This document shows, in pieces, positions 1 to 13,217 of a stretch of DNA of 64,000 nucleotides. Position 1 is the first letter of the stretch. The number at the start of each line of letters is the position of its first letter. A program made the translations under genes and the position numbers. Source of the stretch: Felis catus (lineage: Eukaryota); assembly GCF_018350175.1 (NCBI RefSeq), contig NC_058379.1, forward strand, positions 24,242,001-24,306,000, in the 5' to 3' direction. Under the pieces are notes generated by a model. That model was not told the origin of the DNA. It searched no databases and saw nothing but the letters and a program-made list of their open reading frames with translations.

Positions 1-1029
1 CATAGACTGTTTTGGAAGGTATTAATTAGCTCACCCAAGTTTTACTGATGGAAATATTCCTACCTTAAGAAAGAGCTCAGTTCTTCTGACTGCAGTGTTT
101 GCTCCCATGTAGCACAAGTCTTGCTGCTTTTCCCACTTAGACATTTGCTAGCTAGGTCATACTGGCAGGGGCAAGGGGTCCTGGCTCATTGAAAGGGTGA
201 AGGGAAAAGGAAGGAGGAGAAGGAGAAGCTGACCCTCAGCATCCCAGAGTCCCCACCCTGGCCCCTCTGTTAGGAATAGTTATTGTTTCTACCGAGTGCA
301 TAGCACGAAGAGCATAATCTTGGAAAAATAGATATCAGTGTCTTATACTTACTTTCTTCCTTTGGGAAAAAAATGATAAATAAGACAAAGCATGAACAAT
401 AGGGAGGTGGAGGAGAGGAAGTGGCAACTGGCAGAGGGTTCAGGGAATATGACTGGGACTGTGGGGAGAGAAAAAATGCTGGAGTTTCAAAGCGGGAGTA
501 ATTTTACACTGAAAATCCTATAATTATGTGCTTGGCTGTTTAATAAAAACATCCCGTAGTGAAATTACTATATGTTTACTCTGTATCTGAGATGCAGAAT
601 ATCTTAAATACATGTGTCATCATGGGATGGGTGCTACATCTTAAATTTTTTTAAAAAAGGAAATTATATCTTTTTTAATAGCTGCCCAGAAGTTTTCCCA
701 CTATGAACAATCAATTCAGAGTTACCTGATTAAATCTGTCATTTGTCAGTCTTGAAGGTTTCCTGTTTTCTGAACTCTTGAAAGAAAATTTCTAGGGCAA
801 CAAATGGCTATTACTATTAAGTTCTTGGATGTGAACCTACCGTGGGAACAAAAGTGGTAGCAAGGGTGGTTAGGTTGGATCTATATGTCTGCATGCAGGC
901 TACCTGGTCAGAGATGAACGTTTATACTGGGTTTCCAAGTGATGGAACCCTGTGACTCTGCATATGGAAACAGTCATTTCACCGCTTTAATAACAGTTAA
1001 AATGACCTTGAGTAAACAGAGTTAATGGG

Positions 1030-1172
1030 AGTAGTGCCTGAATCACCTGCGAGATATTCTTAAAAACACAGATTCTGATTTGGTGGATCTGGGACAAGAC
1101 CTCAGTTTCTGCCTTCTAACTAATTCTCAGGTGGTGCTAATGCTTCTGGGCCAAGGACAGCGTTGAATAGCA
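1030..1172 (+). mobile_element. MER5-type hAT-Charlie non-autonomous DNA transposon fragment
   Basis: gaatcacctg...aaaacacagatt...ttctaac...caggtg(g)tgct(a)atgct...ggac...ttgaatagcaag resembles MER5A/B. Confidence 0.7.
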
Positions 1173-1199
1173 AGAGTTCATAGTGTTGTTTCACTATGT

Positions 1200-1440
1200 T
1201 ATTCTCCGCCTTTTTTGTAGTTCTGCCTTTTGATCTGTGTGTCTCTCCACCTCTGTCTTTCTCTGCTTTTGTTTTTACACGTTTTCTGTCTTACCTTCTC
1301 CATGTATTTCTGCCTTGTCTTCCTCTGCTTCTCTCTGCTTTCCCCTCCTCTGCCTTCCCCCTTTATCTCCTCTCTCTGACAACCTGCCTCTCTCTGCTTA
1401 TCTCCTCCTTCAGCCTATTCCTTCTCTTTCTTGCTCTCTC
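1200..1440 (+). repeat. CT-rich low-complexity tract
   Basis: About 240 nt of degenerate ctct/cctt; explains spurious ORFs 1196..1498 and 1237..1548. Confidence 0.8.
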
Positions 1441-2264
1441 ATGCATGCTCACACCACACTCACAGAATTACATTGTAGAGCACAGTCATGTTCAATGAAG
1501 AATGTTGACCAGTATTTAATGATGTTGATGGCGTATTTCCCATTTTGAGCCTAAGCCAAAGCCTTCTGTCTCCCTGTTCTCAGAGATAAGAAGCAATGCC
1601 AGGGATGGGTTGTGGGGGTGCTGAATTTTTATTCACCGTAGGGATGCTAGACATTAAGACATCCTAGAGGTGATCATGGTTCCCTCAAAAGTATTAGAAA
1701 AGCACATAAATCCCCCAGGCTGGTTTGGTCATTACAGAAGGCTACGGTGGTCATTCAGAATCCAGTAATCCTAGCTGATAGCTGACTTCCTCCCGTAGTC
1801 TAAATACTACCTTTCAAGAAGTCATACTTTTTGCAGCCATACATCCATTGGCTCCTAAGATTTAGTCCAGAACAGCTATTTAGCTACTAATTTTAAACCA
1901 GCTTAGTCTAGAACTAGCTAGCTAGCTAGTAATTTTAGACCAATTAAACTTAATCTTGAGCATTGAGTTCCTCATCTGTAAAATATGAGTTCAACTAGAT
2001 GGTCTCCAAGGCTCCTTTTAGCCAGGACATTCTGTGATTTTTAAAGTCGTTAGGTAAAGGACATTTCAAATATTGGCGGTTAGTTTGTTCAGATTCTTGT
2101 TTGGATCATTTCTTCATGAAAATGTAAATTTCTTTTCCTGTAAAAATAGGGCTTGTTATGTTCTGGGTTTAATTAAGATTAATCAATACATTTCATTCAT
2201 CTCTTTATTATCTCTACTAGTGTAGGTAAGGGGTAATGTAAGCAAAAAATCATTTTTGTCTACT

Positions 2265-2311
2265 TCATTTTTTATTTATAGAGAGAGTGTGTGCAAGTGG
2301 GGTAGAGGGAT

Positions 2312-2353
<42 letters not shown>

Positions 2354-2477
2354 TGAGTCTTAAGCAGTCTCCATGCTCAGTGCAGAGTCCAGTGTGGGGC
2401 TCAATCCCAGGAACCTGGGATCATGACCTGACCTGAAATCGGGAGTCAGACATTCAACAGACAGCCACCCAGGCCCC
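2265..2477 (-). mobile_element. CAN-SINE with (GA)n tail
   Basis: Reverse complement of SINE body ending ...gccacccaggcccc, with (GA)n at ~2314-2345. Confidence 0.9.
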
Positions 2478-2830
2478 TCCATTTTTACTTACTTTAGAAT
2501 ACACTGTCTAATTACAACAGAATTTTCTTCCCAAACAGTTTGCTTGGGCTGGTATTGGACATAGTTCATATTTGTGAAACTACCTGGAGCTATCACTATT
2601 GGGACATAACATCTAATACTTGATAATTTGAAGCCTAAAAGGCCCAGCTGAGTGCTTTTTACTTTTTAGTGCTGTGGACACTATACTTATTATCACTGAA
2701 CAGAAGGATAATTAATAACTATTTTAGAAGATACTGTTGTTTTTGGAAACATATGTTGCATTTTAGTTTTGGTGAAAAAGAAATGCGGATGCAAGGTAGA
2801 ATGAGTAGGGCCTTGAAAAGCTGAGCTCTT

Positions 2831-3016
2831 GGGGCGCCTGGGTGGCTCAGTCCGTTAAGCGTCTGACTCTGGGTTTCGGCTCAGGTCAGGATCTCGCAGT
2901 TTGTGAGGTCGAGCCCTGCTGCGGGCTCCATGCTCACAGCGTGGAGCCGGCTTGGGATTCTCTTGCTGCCCCTCCCCCACTTTCTCAAAAACAAATAAAT
3001 AAATAACTTAAAAAAA
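2831..3016 (+). mobile_element. CAN-SINE
   Basis: ggggcgcctgggtggctcag start, A-rich tail, degenerate TSD AAAAGCTGAGCTCTT / AAAAACTGAGTTCTT. Confidence 0.95.
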
Positions 3017-3401
3017 CTGAGTTCTTTATGAATTTGAGTCTTTTTTTCTATAAATGGTTTGTTAGATGCAGTGGTCTGCATCTGGTTTGAATGTTCCTTG
3101 GATTCAGTGTTTCAAAGTTTTATGTACTATATATTTTCTACCAAATTACTGAATTATCAAGAAACTATAGGTGATTATTTATCTTCTGCCATAAGACTTG
3201 ATTTTTTTTATCATTTATAATTATAAATTCAGTGGTATTGCAGATTGGTATGTGCCATCATTGGTATCACAGGTTTGGATAGATGGGGAATATGAGATTG
3301 GACAAAATGTAGAATATTCTTTATATAAAATGTCCATTTATCCCTCAAAACAGGTGTATCTTGCTTTAAAGAAGTGCAGTATATAGAGAGCCAGAGTTTA
3401 C

Positions 3402-3612
3402 ATATGTTAACTAACTTGAATGTAAATTAAAAAAAAAGACTCTTAACTATAGAGAACAAACTGAGGGTTGATGGAGGGAGGTGGGTGGAAGATGAGCTAG
3501 ATGGGAGATGGGTACTATTTATTGTGATGAGCAATGGATGTTGTATGTATGTGATGAATCACTGAAACCAATACTGCAGTGTATGTTAACTAACAAATTT
3601 AAAATTTAAAAA
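3402..3612 (+). mobile_element. Carnivore L1 3' end, preceded by a second very short L1 tail
   Basis: gactcttaactatagagaacaaactgagggttg...tatgttaactaac; the terminal motif tatgttaactaac also occurs at ~3403 followed by an A-run. Confidence 0.8.
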
Positions 3613-3644
3613 TCTTAATAATCCCCCCTCCCCCCCAAAATAAA

Positions 3645-4050
3645 GAGTTTAACTGAAGAGAATTTAATGAAGGCACCATTTACAGAGGTTTGTGGACGGT
3701 TAAAATAACTGAAAAAGGATAGTAAGATATCAGGCACTGGTTTTCTGATGAAGCCTGAGCGCTGGCATTGAAGAAATCTATGTGCTAGAAGTTGTAATTG
3801 TGGAGGAATGAAGTCACTGAAACAGTATGTTGAAGCAGAGAGAGAGCTGAGGAGTTGTGGGAGAGGGATCAGGAATACTTTGGTACCTCTCTCCTCTTGC
3901 ATTATGATCTCCCATTGGCTGGGCCCAACCTGAGGCTGGGGGTAAGAGAGCCATGGTTGTCCATAGAGGTTGGCCTCCTGGTGCATAGAGGGAGCCAACA
4001 AGGCAGGGTATGGATAAGGGAGTAGGGGACAGCAAACAATTATTAGCACA
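3645..4050. mobile_element. Old ERVL/MaLR-class solo LTR (LTR33-like; subfamily uncertain)
   Basis: cctctctcctc...ctcccattggctgggcccaacc...gtccatagaggttggcctcctgg...agcaca resembles old ERVL LTRs. Confidence 0.55.
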
Positions 4051-4625
4051 GAAAAGGTACATTTTGATTTACACATAGAATTCAGCCTTAATGTAAAATG
4101 AAGCACATCTGTGGTTTCATCTCATGCTTACTGTTACATTCCTGTTAATCTTATTTATATGTATTTTTAACATCTATCATTTAAGCTTTTTACAAATAAT
4201 TTTTACTGTGCCTTGTGAATACTTTAAGAAGAAGGAGTTCTATATAAATGCCAAAAGCCAAAATCCACTTGTTCTGTAGATTTTATTTACTTTTGTAAAT
4301 CTTTATTATACTCAAGAAAAAGAGACATGCTAGTTGGTCAAATTGACATTTTCTTTTCAAGCTGATGAAAGATACTTTAAATTAAGCATGAACGTTTGAA
4401 GAACCTGCCAGTTCATTTTTAAAACATGACCAGTTCTCTGATGTACATGGATTATATTAAGAAAGGATTCTTTCTATTTTAGCACCTGATCTTTTCATTT
4501 GAGTGATGTGTTATTAATCTAATTATAGTACTTGTTACAACTGATCACACAGAATGTAACCTTTTTCAAATATGCCTGTAGCCAACGTACCTTCACGATA
4601 CAACTTGGATTGCCCTCCAGGCCCT

Positions 4626-4642
4626 CCCCCCCCCCCCCCCCC
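4626..4642 (+). repeat. Poly-C tract (C17)
   Basis: Read directly. Confidence 0.95.
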
Positions 4643-5106
4643 ACTCACTTACTACCTTTCTAGAGGTTTATAAGCCTCGGTTTATTTGTAAGCCATTAGA
4701 GTCACATGTAGTACTGTGAGACCCTACCCTTTGAATGAGAAAGTTCTTTCTTAAAAACAACAAACAAAACAACAGTGAAATCCTAACAACTTTTAGTAAT
4801 TTACAAACAAATAAGTGCTTCAGTCTGCCCTTAAATGTAACCCTTTTGTGTTCAAGATAGGAGAGTTCTCTAGCCTTGCTAGTCCCCCTTGCACTGCCTA
4901 CTTAGAGGGAGCTACACACGATAAGTAATAACTCCTGGCCCTGATAATGGGGCCAGTATCTTCCTGACACCCTGGTTCATTTGTAGTCCCTGATCATCAT
5001 ACTCTTCAGAGTATACTACTACTCTAGTATTAACTTTTCAAATCTAGACTTTTAAGAAAAGAGCTGGGTGGTTTTCTTTTGCTGTCGTTTTGGTTTTGGG
5101 GTTCGT

Positions 5107-5108
<2 letters not shown>

Positions 5109-5156
<48 letters not shown>
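5109..5156 (+). repeat. (GT)24 microsatellite
   Basis: Read directly. Confidence 0.97.
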
Positions 5157-5158
<2 letters not shown>

Positions 5159-5468
5159 CGTGAAAGTGGTTTAGGATAGACAAAGAAGCAGTGGATACTC
5201 CTAAGTGGTGACTCCTTGAAAAGCCAGACACTCTCGTAAGTCTTTGTTTCAGATCTAACGTACACTGTCTTACCGTTGTAGTTTGAGAGAGTAACTTCAA
5301 GTGTATGCACCCTTGGTGAGACATGATCTCATTCTGGCCTGTTGGAACTACTTCCCTTCTAATATGGTTTAATTTGTTACCCTTTTTAGAGCATTTATTT
5401 TTTTAGGGCACATATGTAGGAAAGCTGAAGTATTAAAGAGTATTATTTTGTTGGTATGTTTTTATAAA

Positions 5469-5524
5469 CTTAAAAAAATTTATATATTTATTTTGAGAGA
5501 GAGTAAGAACATGAGTGGGAGACG

Positions 5525-5571
<47 letters not shown>

Positions 5572-5690
5572 CCAAGCCGACTCTGCTCGGTCAGCACACA
5601 GCCCAATGTGGGGTTTGATCCCATGAACCGTGAACCAAGATCAAGATCAAGAGATGGACGCTTAACCAATTGAGCCACCCAGATGCCCCT
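5469..5690 (-). mobile_element. CAN-SINE with (GA)n
   Basis: SINE body in reverse; TSD TTTTTATAAA at 5459-5468 and 5692-5701. Confidence 0.9.
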
Positions 5691-6304
5691 ATTTTTATAA
5701 ATTCTTGAAATGGGTGTTGTTAAAAATTTTAAAGTCTTCTCACTCTCTTAAATGTTTTTGCACATTCTTTAAGCACTTTTCACTGTTCTGTCAGTTTAAA
5801 CACGCATCTTACTAGACAGAGCATTTACATGTTGTAGTGTTCACATTCAAATGGGATTTCACAGTAGTATTACAGCATCCTGTTACCATGATGGGATGGA
5901 AGCAGTCTTGGTAGTTTTTCGTCATTATAGTAAAATTAAAAATAAGACTATTATGTATCACTAAGCTTTGGAGTCATGGAATAAATAGGTTCCAAATAAA
6001 TTGTTTGGGTAGTTTAAAAAAGAAAAAAAAAAACAAGGAAAAGCAGCTACTTTATAGATAGCAGATTGCTTCTGGAGGTACCTGAAAAGTTTAAGCTCTT
6101 CCAACTTGCATATTCCATCCTTGTTTACTTTATTCACTTTATCATATGTAACCTTGTCACAAATATGGAAAACTGTCTGAAATGCAAAACTCAGAGAGTG
6201 CCTTTTTGCATTGTCTCCCATAAGTCAGTGCTCTTGCAAAGAAGAATGAAAGCAAGGTAGAAGTGAGATGATTGTTCATACTTGAATACGACCCTTTAAT
6301 GCTT

Positions 6305-7585
6305 TTTAAAAAATAACTTTATTGGGATATAAGTGACATACAATAAATGGGACATACTTAAAGTGTAGTGTTGGATGAGTGTTGACGTCTGTGCATGCCC
6401 ATGAAACCATCCTCACGGCATTCACCATCCTCAAAAGTTTCTGTGGCTGTGCCCTTGTAGTTCCTATGGGCAATGCCCTCCCCACGTGGCAACCAGTATC
6501 CTTTTTATAAATTCATTTGCATTTTCTAGATTTTTATAGAAATGGAATCATAGAGTATATATTCTTGTGTCTACTTTCTGTCACCCGGAATAATTATCTT
6601 GAGATGGCAATTCTGTTGTTGCATAGGTCAATAGTTCATTCCTTTTTACTGAGGAGTAGTTCCCATGTATGGATATACCACAATGTATTTATCCATTCAC
6701 CTGTTAATGGACACTTGGGTGGTTTCCAGTTTTGTTTTGTTTTGTTTTGTTTTTTTAATAAATCAGGCTTCTATAAGAATATGTGTACAAGTCTTTGGAT
6801 ATATATTTCATCTCCTCTTACGTACCTAGGAGTGGAATGGCTGAATCATATAGCAGGCGTATGTTCAACTGTTTAAGAAACTGCCAAGCTGTTTTCAAAG
6901 CTGGTTGCATCATTGTACATTCCCACTGTGAGTTTATGAGAGTTCTAGTTTCTCCTCATCCTCACCAACACTTGGCATGTGTGGTCAGTGTTTTAATTTT
7001 GGTCACTTTAATAGGTGCATAGGAGTAGTATCTCATTATGGCTTTAATTTTCATTTCGGGAGTGCCTAATGATGTTGAACATTTTTTTTCTTGTGGTTAT
7101 TTGCCATCCATACATCTTTGGTCGGCTAATTTTTAAAAATTGGGTTTTTGGTCTTCTGCTCATTGAATTTTGAGAGTTCTTTTTACCCTGAATATAAGAC
7201 CTTTATTGGATATATGCTTTGGAAGTTTTCTTTCCGTCACTGGTTTATCTTTTTATTCTCCTGATTGTCTTTTGAGGAGCAGCAGCTTTTAATTTTGTTG
7301 AAGTCCATTTTTTCAATCTGTCATTTTATGAATTGTGTTTTTGGTGGGTGTCATATCCAAGAAATCTGTGCTTACTCCAGAGTCACAAAGATTTTCTCCT
7401 GTTTTCTTCTAGGCATAACTATAGTTTTATGTTTTATGTTTTGGTCTAAGGTTGATTTTAATTGATTTTTGGTCTGAATTATGGATCCACACTTGAGAGG
7501 GTATATGGATATTCAGTTGTTTCAGCATCCTTTGTTGAAAAGTCTATCCTTTCTTCACTGCCTTGCCTTTGTCCTTTGTCTAAAA
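6305..7585 (-). mobile_element. Old mammalian L1 (L1MB/L1ME-like), 3' end plus ORF2 C-terminal region
   Basis: aactttattgggatataagtgacatacaataaa...gaaatggaatcatagag...gatgttgaacatttttttc...ttgttgaaaagtctatccttt, typical antisense L1M text. Confidence 0.85.
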
Positions 7586-7614
7586 ACAATGAATTTTAGA
7601 AAATAAACAGGACC

Positions 7615-8040
7615 TTTAATAATCTGGCCCCATTTCAACTCTCCTTGTTCATCTCCTACCGTGACTAGATTCTTCCCATCTCTCCCTGTTTTACGGTGTG
7701 GAATTGCTTTCAGTTCCCCTGACTGTGTCATTGGCTTTCATGCCTCTGTGCTTTCCCACAACTTCTTCCCTCTGCCTAAGATACCCTTTTCCCAGTGAAT
7801 CACCAACTCCTTTGTGAAGTCCATCCAAATGCTTCCGCGAAACCTCCCATTGTCTAAGTTAACTGCTCCCTTTGTGCCACGAAAGCACTGTAGACCTCTA
7901 CAGAGTACTTGCTAGTTTCTATCCTGATGGCCTGCATTACCTGTCTTTCTTAACAGACTAAGACGGTACCAACATCATGACTAATTCATCTTTGTATCTC
8001 AATGGCTAGAACTTGCTAAGTAAGAAAATGTTAGAAGAAT
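7615..8040 (+). mobile_element. L2 3' fragment
   Basis: taatctggcccc...ccctctgcctaagataccc...catctttgtatctc...; degenerate. Confidence 0.6.
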
Positions 8041-9254
8041 CGGTGCTTGAGAGAAGGGAGAGGAAAGTAGAAGTGAGTATTTTAAAAGAAAAACTCATTG
8101 AGAAGAAAATACATTGTGTTTACATTTGGTTCACCTTTGTGATCAGAACGTCAAATGTGCTATAGGAAATCTTTGATAGGACTACATATATGTCCGTGGG
8201 TTTCTTTATCAACTTCAACAGCCTTCTTGGTATTGTGTCTTTACATAGTTAAATGCAGTTAGTAAATTATCAAGGAAAATAACAAAAGACAGTAACCAAG
8301 AAATGTATGTGGAGAATGGTATTTTCAACATATATACCTGTAAAGGAAGAGGAAAGAAATTGTTGAGTTAACAGCTGCTGAATTGTGACACATGCTTATT
8401 TATGGGGGGGGGGCAGATTTACATAGTGTTTAGCGTTTAACCATGTGCAAATCGGTGTTTACTGAATATACAGTTGATACGTGCCATATTTTGTGGTACT
8501 GCTTTTAAGCTCCTTGTGGTGAATGACATTTAATGCCATTGCCTTTTTGCACATAGTTTTAAAAAATTCTTTATCCCAATGAAAGAGATTTAATTAGAAA
8601 TGTCCGTGGGATCTAATTTTGGTACTCGTTTTACACTGTGTTACTCAGTAATGTTTGGCAAGATTTCTAAAGACTAATAAATTCAAATTAAAGGAAGTGA
8701 TTAGAAGCAATACACAGACAAATATGCATGTGTACATGTGTTAATGTCAACACACCGATTTCATTTTTTTTCTTGTTTATGGCAATGGTCTTCACCAAAC
8801 AGAACAAGATTTGTGTTCTTCTAGCATTTGCAGAAACAGTCTCCAAACAGAGGCCCTGAGCCCATTAGCACTAATGAAAAGAGTCACCCAAGGGAATAAG
8901 ATATCGGATGTCTGGTGTTTGCATGTGGTAATTCCATGTATGTTTTCTGCTACAAATAGTGTCCCAAAGCTTGCTTCTGTGTTTTCAGGTTCCTGTGCCT
9001 TTTTTTCTGGTAGCTAAGCTGTTAGGAATGATACTTATTTTTCATTATTGTCAATCATTTCATGACCTTATTTCCTAATTTTGAGTGTCACCTAAATAAA
9101 TGTATCACATTAGAGTTGTTTGTGTATGCTGATGGTATCGAAAGAAAATTAGTGTTTGTCAGTTTCAGATTTGGTATTGATGTCCTGGCAAGGATACCCT
9201 TGTACCCAACTCTGAGAATGTTGGACTTTGTTTTAAAACAAAAAATTAGGTGTG

Positions 9255-9575
9255 GCTCAGAGGATGTTTAGGGCAGCGACACTCCTCTGCATGATGTTAT
9301 AATGGTGGATACATATTGTAATACATTGTCTAAACCCACAGAAGGTATAACACTAAGAGTGAACTTTAATGTAAACTATGGGTTTTGGGTGATAATGATG
9401 TGTTATGTTAATGTAGGTTTATCAACGGGAACAAATGTACCATTCTGGTGGGGGATATTGATAATGGAGGAAGCTATGTATGTGGGGGGGAGGGCGGTGC
9501 ATATAGGAAATTTCTGTAAATTTCTCTCAATTTTGCTATGAAGCTGAAACTGCCCCCCAAAAATAAAGTCTTGAA
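9255..9575 (+). mobile_element. L1MC-type 3' UTR fragment
   Basis: ataatggtggataca...aaacccacagaa...aagagtgaactttaatgtaaactatgg...aacaaatgtaccattctggtgggggatattgataatgg...aaataaagtc. Confidence 0.85.
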
Positions 9576-10763
9576 ATAAAACACACAAGAAAATAACATT
9601 TTTAAAAGCACCTGCCTTCCCAATGTATACTTTGCCAGTGTTTCAGAAAATAATACTTTTATATAAAAACATGATCCTAATTAGTATTTGTAGCTAGCTT
9701 TATTGCAAGCTATCAAGGAAGAGGTTCCCATGATCACAATGTTCTGCCTAGGATCCCAGAGGAGTTTGCAGACTCAGTTAAGCAGGTAGGATTCTGGCAC
9801 ATACACTGTCTCCCTTCTCTGTTTGCATTTAGGCAGGCCCTAAAAAATCTATTTTATATCGTGGATTTCTAGCTAAAATTTTGTTTCAAGAAAGACATTG
9901 GCTGCTTCAAGATGCTGCTGCTGCTGGCGTGGGATGGGGGGTGAGGAGGGAAGATGGAAGAAGGGAGGGAGAGGAAGAAAGGAGAGAAGGAGGAGAAGTA
10001 AATGTGTTGGATTAGGGATTAGATGTTTTAGAACAGACTTGACTTGACTAGTTCCATGTCTTCTTGGGCAAATGACTTCTGGGCTTTGATTTTCTCTTCT
10101 GTAAATGGAGGCAGAGAGGTTTAGGTAGTGATCTCACGGTATACACTATCTCTGTAATATCCTATGCCCTGCTCAGAATAGGGGCAACCTGAGCGTATGT
10201 AGATCAGAACTCTGCTCTGGCTCTGCCAGTCTCACTCTCCCAGGCCAAACGATCTCATGATGAGCCATCAAAGCCTGACATTGGTAAGAGCCCACTCCAG
10301 TGTCTCAGAATTTCCCCCTGTACGCTAGCCTATTGTGATCCATAGACATGGCTTCTCTGGTTACCAGTGAGTGTCTGCTCAACAGTTGCCTGGTGGCATG
10401 TGGGCTTACCATGAGCCATGTTCTGTTTCTTGGGATCTGCCCATATACTATCTGTTAGTTGATAGGCAGGTGAGTGCCATCAGATCCAGAAAGGATTCCA
10501 CCCCTCTACATGCCCTCCTCCACCAACGTCTTGGGCGCAAAGAAAAACCCTGAAGCATATTCAGAAGCATTATCCTGTAACTCCAGTAAAATGTGTCTCA
10601 TATGAGAAAAAAATAGATTATTGGATTCTGGCTGGCAGCTCTTTTCCTTCAATCACTAAACCAAATTTGCTTGATCAGTTCAAAATCTGATTTGAGAGGC
10701 TATCACAGACAAAGGTTATTGCCTAAGTGGGTGAGGTCCATGACTACAGGCAAACAAACCATT

Positions 10764-10777
10764 CCCCCCCCCCCCCC
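10764..10777 (+). repeat. Poly-C tract (C14)
   Basis: Read directly. Confidence 0.95.
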
Positions 10778-11211
10778 AATATGATCCTGTTAGGACACCT
10801 GAGATAAGCACTGGAGATAATGGAAGACATTTCCTTTAAAAGTCTTTTAGACCCCTTTCCTTTACTTAGTGTTTAATTTTAGTCATTCTAATATGTATTC
10901 TAAAATCCAGACCATAGGCTCAAATCTGGTAGTAGTTAAGACTATGCCAAAGTGCTTCTATGCCTGGACTGGGTATTCTTACTAATACAACAATCTGATT
11001 ATTAGCATTATCATTGTTACTGTTTTAGGAATGGATCTCTGTGTATAGTTTCAGTCATTTTCTAGAAGGTTAGAGGAACCGGGATACTTCTCAGGTAAGA
11101 TCCCATCTCATTTTACTTAGAGAGCTGAAGACAGGAGATATGAAGACCGCATAGAAAAGGGGGCAGCAGAACAGGAAACAGGGACAGGGCCAAGAATAAG
11201 AACCCACTGGA

Positions 11212-11483
11212 GGGGCAACTGAGCAGCTTAGTCAGTTGAGCATCTGACTTTGGCTTAGGGCATAATCTCACAGTCTGTGGGTTCGAGCCCTGCACCAGGC
11301 TCAGTGCTGACAGCTCAGAGATCCCTGGAGCCTGCTTCAGATTCTGTTCCCTCGCTCTCTGCCCCTCCCCCACTTGTGCGAGAGCGCGTGCGCACGTGCT
11401 CTCACTTGCTCTCTCTCAAAAATAAATGAACATGGAAAAAAAAAATAAACATGAAAAAATTTTTGAGGAAGAAAAAAAAAGAG
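11212..11483 (+). mobile_element. CAN-SINE
   Basis: SINE body; TSD GAACCCACTGG at 11200-11210 and 11484-11494. Confidence 0.92.
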
Positions 11484-11541
11484 GAACCCACTGGGAACTG
11501 AATAGAAGCCACAGTGGGGAGGGTCAGGAATCATGGTGGTC

Positions 11542-11567
11542 CTCACTCACTCACTCACTCACTCACT
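11542..11567 (+). repeat. (CTCA)6 tetranucleotide repeat
   Basis: Read directly. Confidence 0.9.
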
Positions 11568-12894
11568 GCCTGCGGCTTCTCCATGATAGGCCAGTGGGAA
11601 CATGGGTATGTCAGGCCGGAGGCAGACAATTACTTCAAAATAATAAGTTCCTTGGCATAAAATGTTTCATCTATTGAGTAGTAGGATAAATTTTGTGATA
11701 TATGAGGATATTATTGGCTTAGGACAAGGCTTTCTGTCCTAATTGGAGGTGCTTTGTGGGCTCACTATTAGCATACCAGCTGATTCCTCTTGTGTCGCAC
11801 TGCAAATTGCTGATTAACTGCTTTTATGTATGCAGAGCTGACAAGTTGCCTCATTTAGAAACAAACAGTAGTGCTCCAAGGAACTAGTCAGAAGTTCAAA
11901 CTGACATTTAGAAATTGTAAACCTACAGACTTCATGACAAGTAATGCTGTCAGTTTAAATTATAGCTTTTCTACCTAGAGATAGGATAAAAAGAGCTAGT
12001 AATATAGCCTGTGACCAATGTATTAGAGAGAGATTCTGCTCTAGTGAGCTGAGAGATTGTGCTATTTGGATCTAACGTTCAGTTGTACTTCTTTTTCCTT
12101 GGATATTTTCTGGGTGATCAGCCAGTGTGAAGGGTCACCAGTGCGAATGGTTGTAACAAATGCATATTAGTTCAACCAAAAATGCTCTCTTTGTGCTTTC
12201 AGGGGAAGTTTTTGAGTAACTGAATTAGGAAACGAATGAGTTGAGAGTTGAGTTCTCAAAATAAAGTACTTTATGTTAACATGAAGAAGATTAGCAACAA
12301 CTTCACCGTCTAGATAGACTGAGCTCTCTAAAGTAGCTGGAATCATGGTAAGGAAGAGTCAGGTTGAAGAAGATAACTCCCTCCTTGCTTTTCATATCTC
12401 CCAGCTAAGTACTTCCTGTCATCCCTCATATTACTACCTATCTGGCATTTAGTTGAACTTTCTCCCAACCAAATCAAGGAATCAGCTCTCCTGTAGTGGA
12501 AGTATATTGTAGAACGGTTTCATCCGCTGGCTCTCTAGTCCTTTGTGGCTGGCTGCTGGTGATTGATGTGTGTTTAGGGGGTCCAAGGTTGGTGAGGCAA
12601 GGTGCGCATACTGGATGGAGTACATTGGGGAAAAAACTACCTTTGCAGCTGATACTGTTTCTTTTTTATAGACTACGTGTTTATGTAAAGCCACTGTATT
12701 CTAGAATGTTAAAAAAAAAAATCAGTTGGGTTTTCAAATCTGACTGGAATTGGCAGAAATTTGACAGAAATAATTTCCAACTAATGATGAAACCAGTGGC
12801 TCATGTAGAGAAATGGTCACTGTTCTCATCCCCTCCCATCTGCCCTTTGGTTAGGAAGCACATTACGCTGGAAAGAACTTGGAGTCCGAAGGTG

Positions 12895-13080
12895 TGGGTT
12901 TAATACCTGCTTTTCCATGCCTCAGGCAATGCATTTCACCTTCCGAGTCAGTGTTTTATCTGTAAAGTGAGGCTATCTATGCATCTCTATTTATAGGTTT
13001 ATTGTGAGCCTAGAATGAAATTGGAACTATTTTGTGGACTATGATGTTTTATGCAGATGTTAGGTGGGATTATGATTATC
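12895..13080 (+). mobile_element. MIR fragment
   Basis: gggtttaatacctgc...tcagtgttttatctgtaaagtgagg...ttattgtgag MIR core. Confidence 0.6.
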
Positions 13081-13217
13081 ACGTAGCATAGCGAGGGCCG
13101 GCTTCGTGGGAATGCAGCCAGTGCGGTTACCTAAGATCTCATGCTCAGAAGTGGGTCCTGTGCTTGGAATTTAATGTGCTGTGATCGTTGTGTGAAATTC
13201 TGAATAATTGTATTTTG

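Noticed and set aside
841-848. RBPJ motif CGTGGGAA (also inside the MER45-like element)
   Set aside because: Isolated short motif with no paired site.
3615-4106. Longest ORFs in the track (163 aa at 3615..4106, 144 aa at 34971..35405, 135 aa at 12496..12903)
   Set aside because: No recognisable domain; they overlap an LTR or unremarkable intronic DNA, and such lengths are expected by chance.
11091-11100. TCAG|GTAAGA as a recursive or cryptic splice site
   Set aside because: The upstream sequence is purine-rich with only a 6-nt pyrimidine run.
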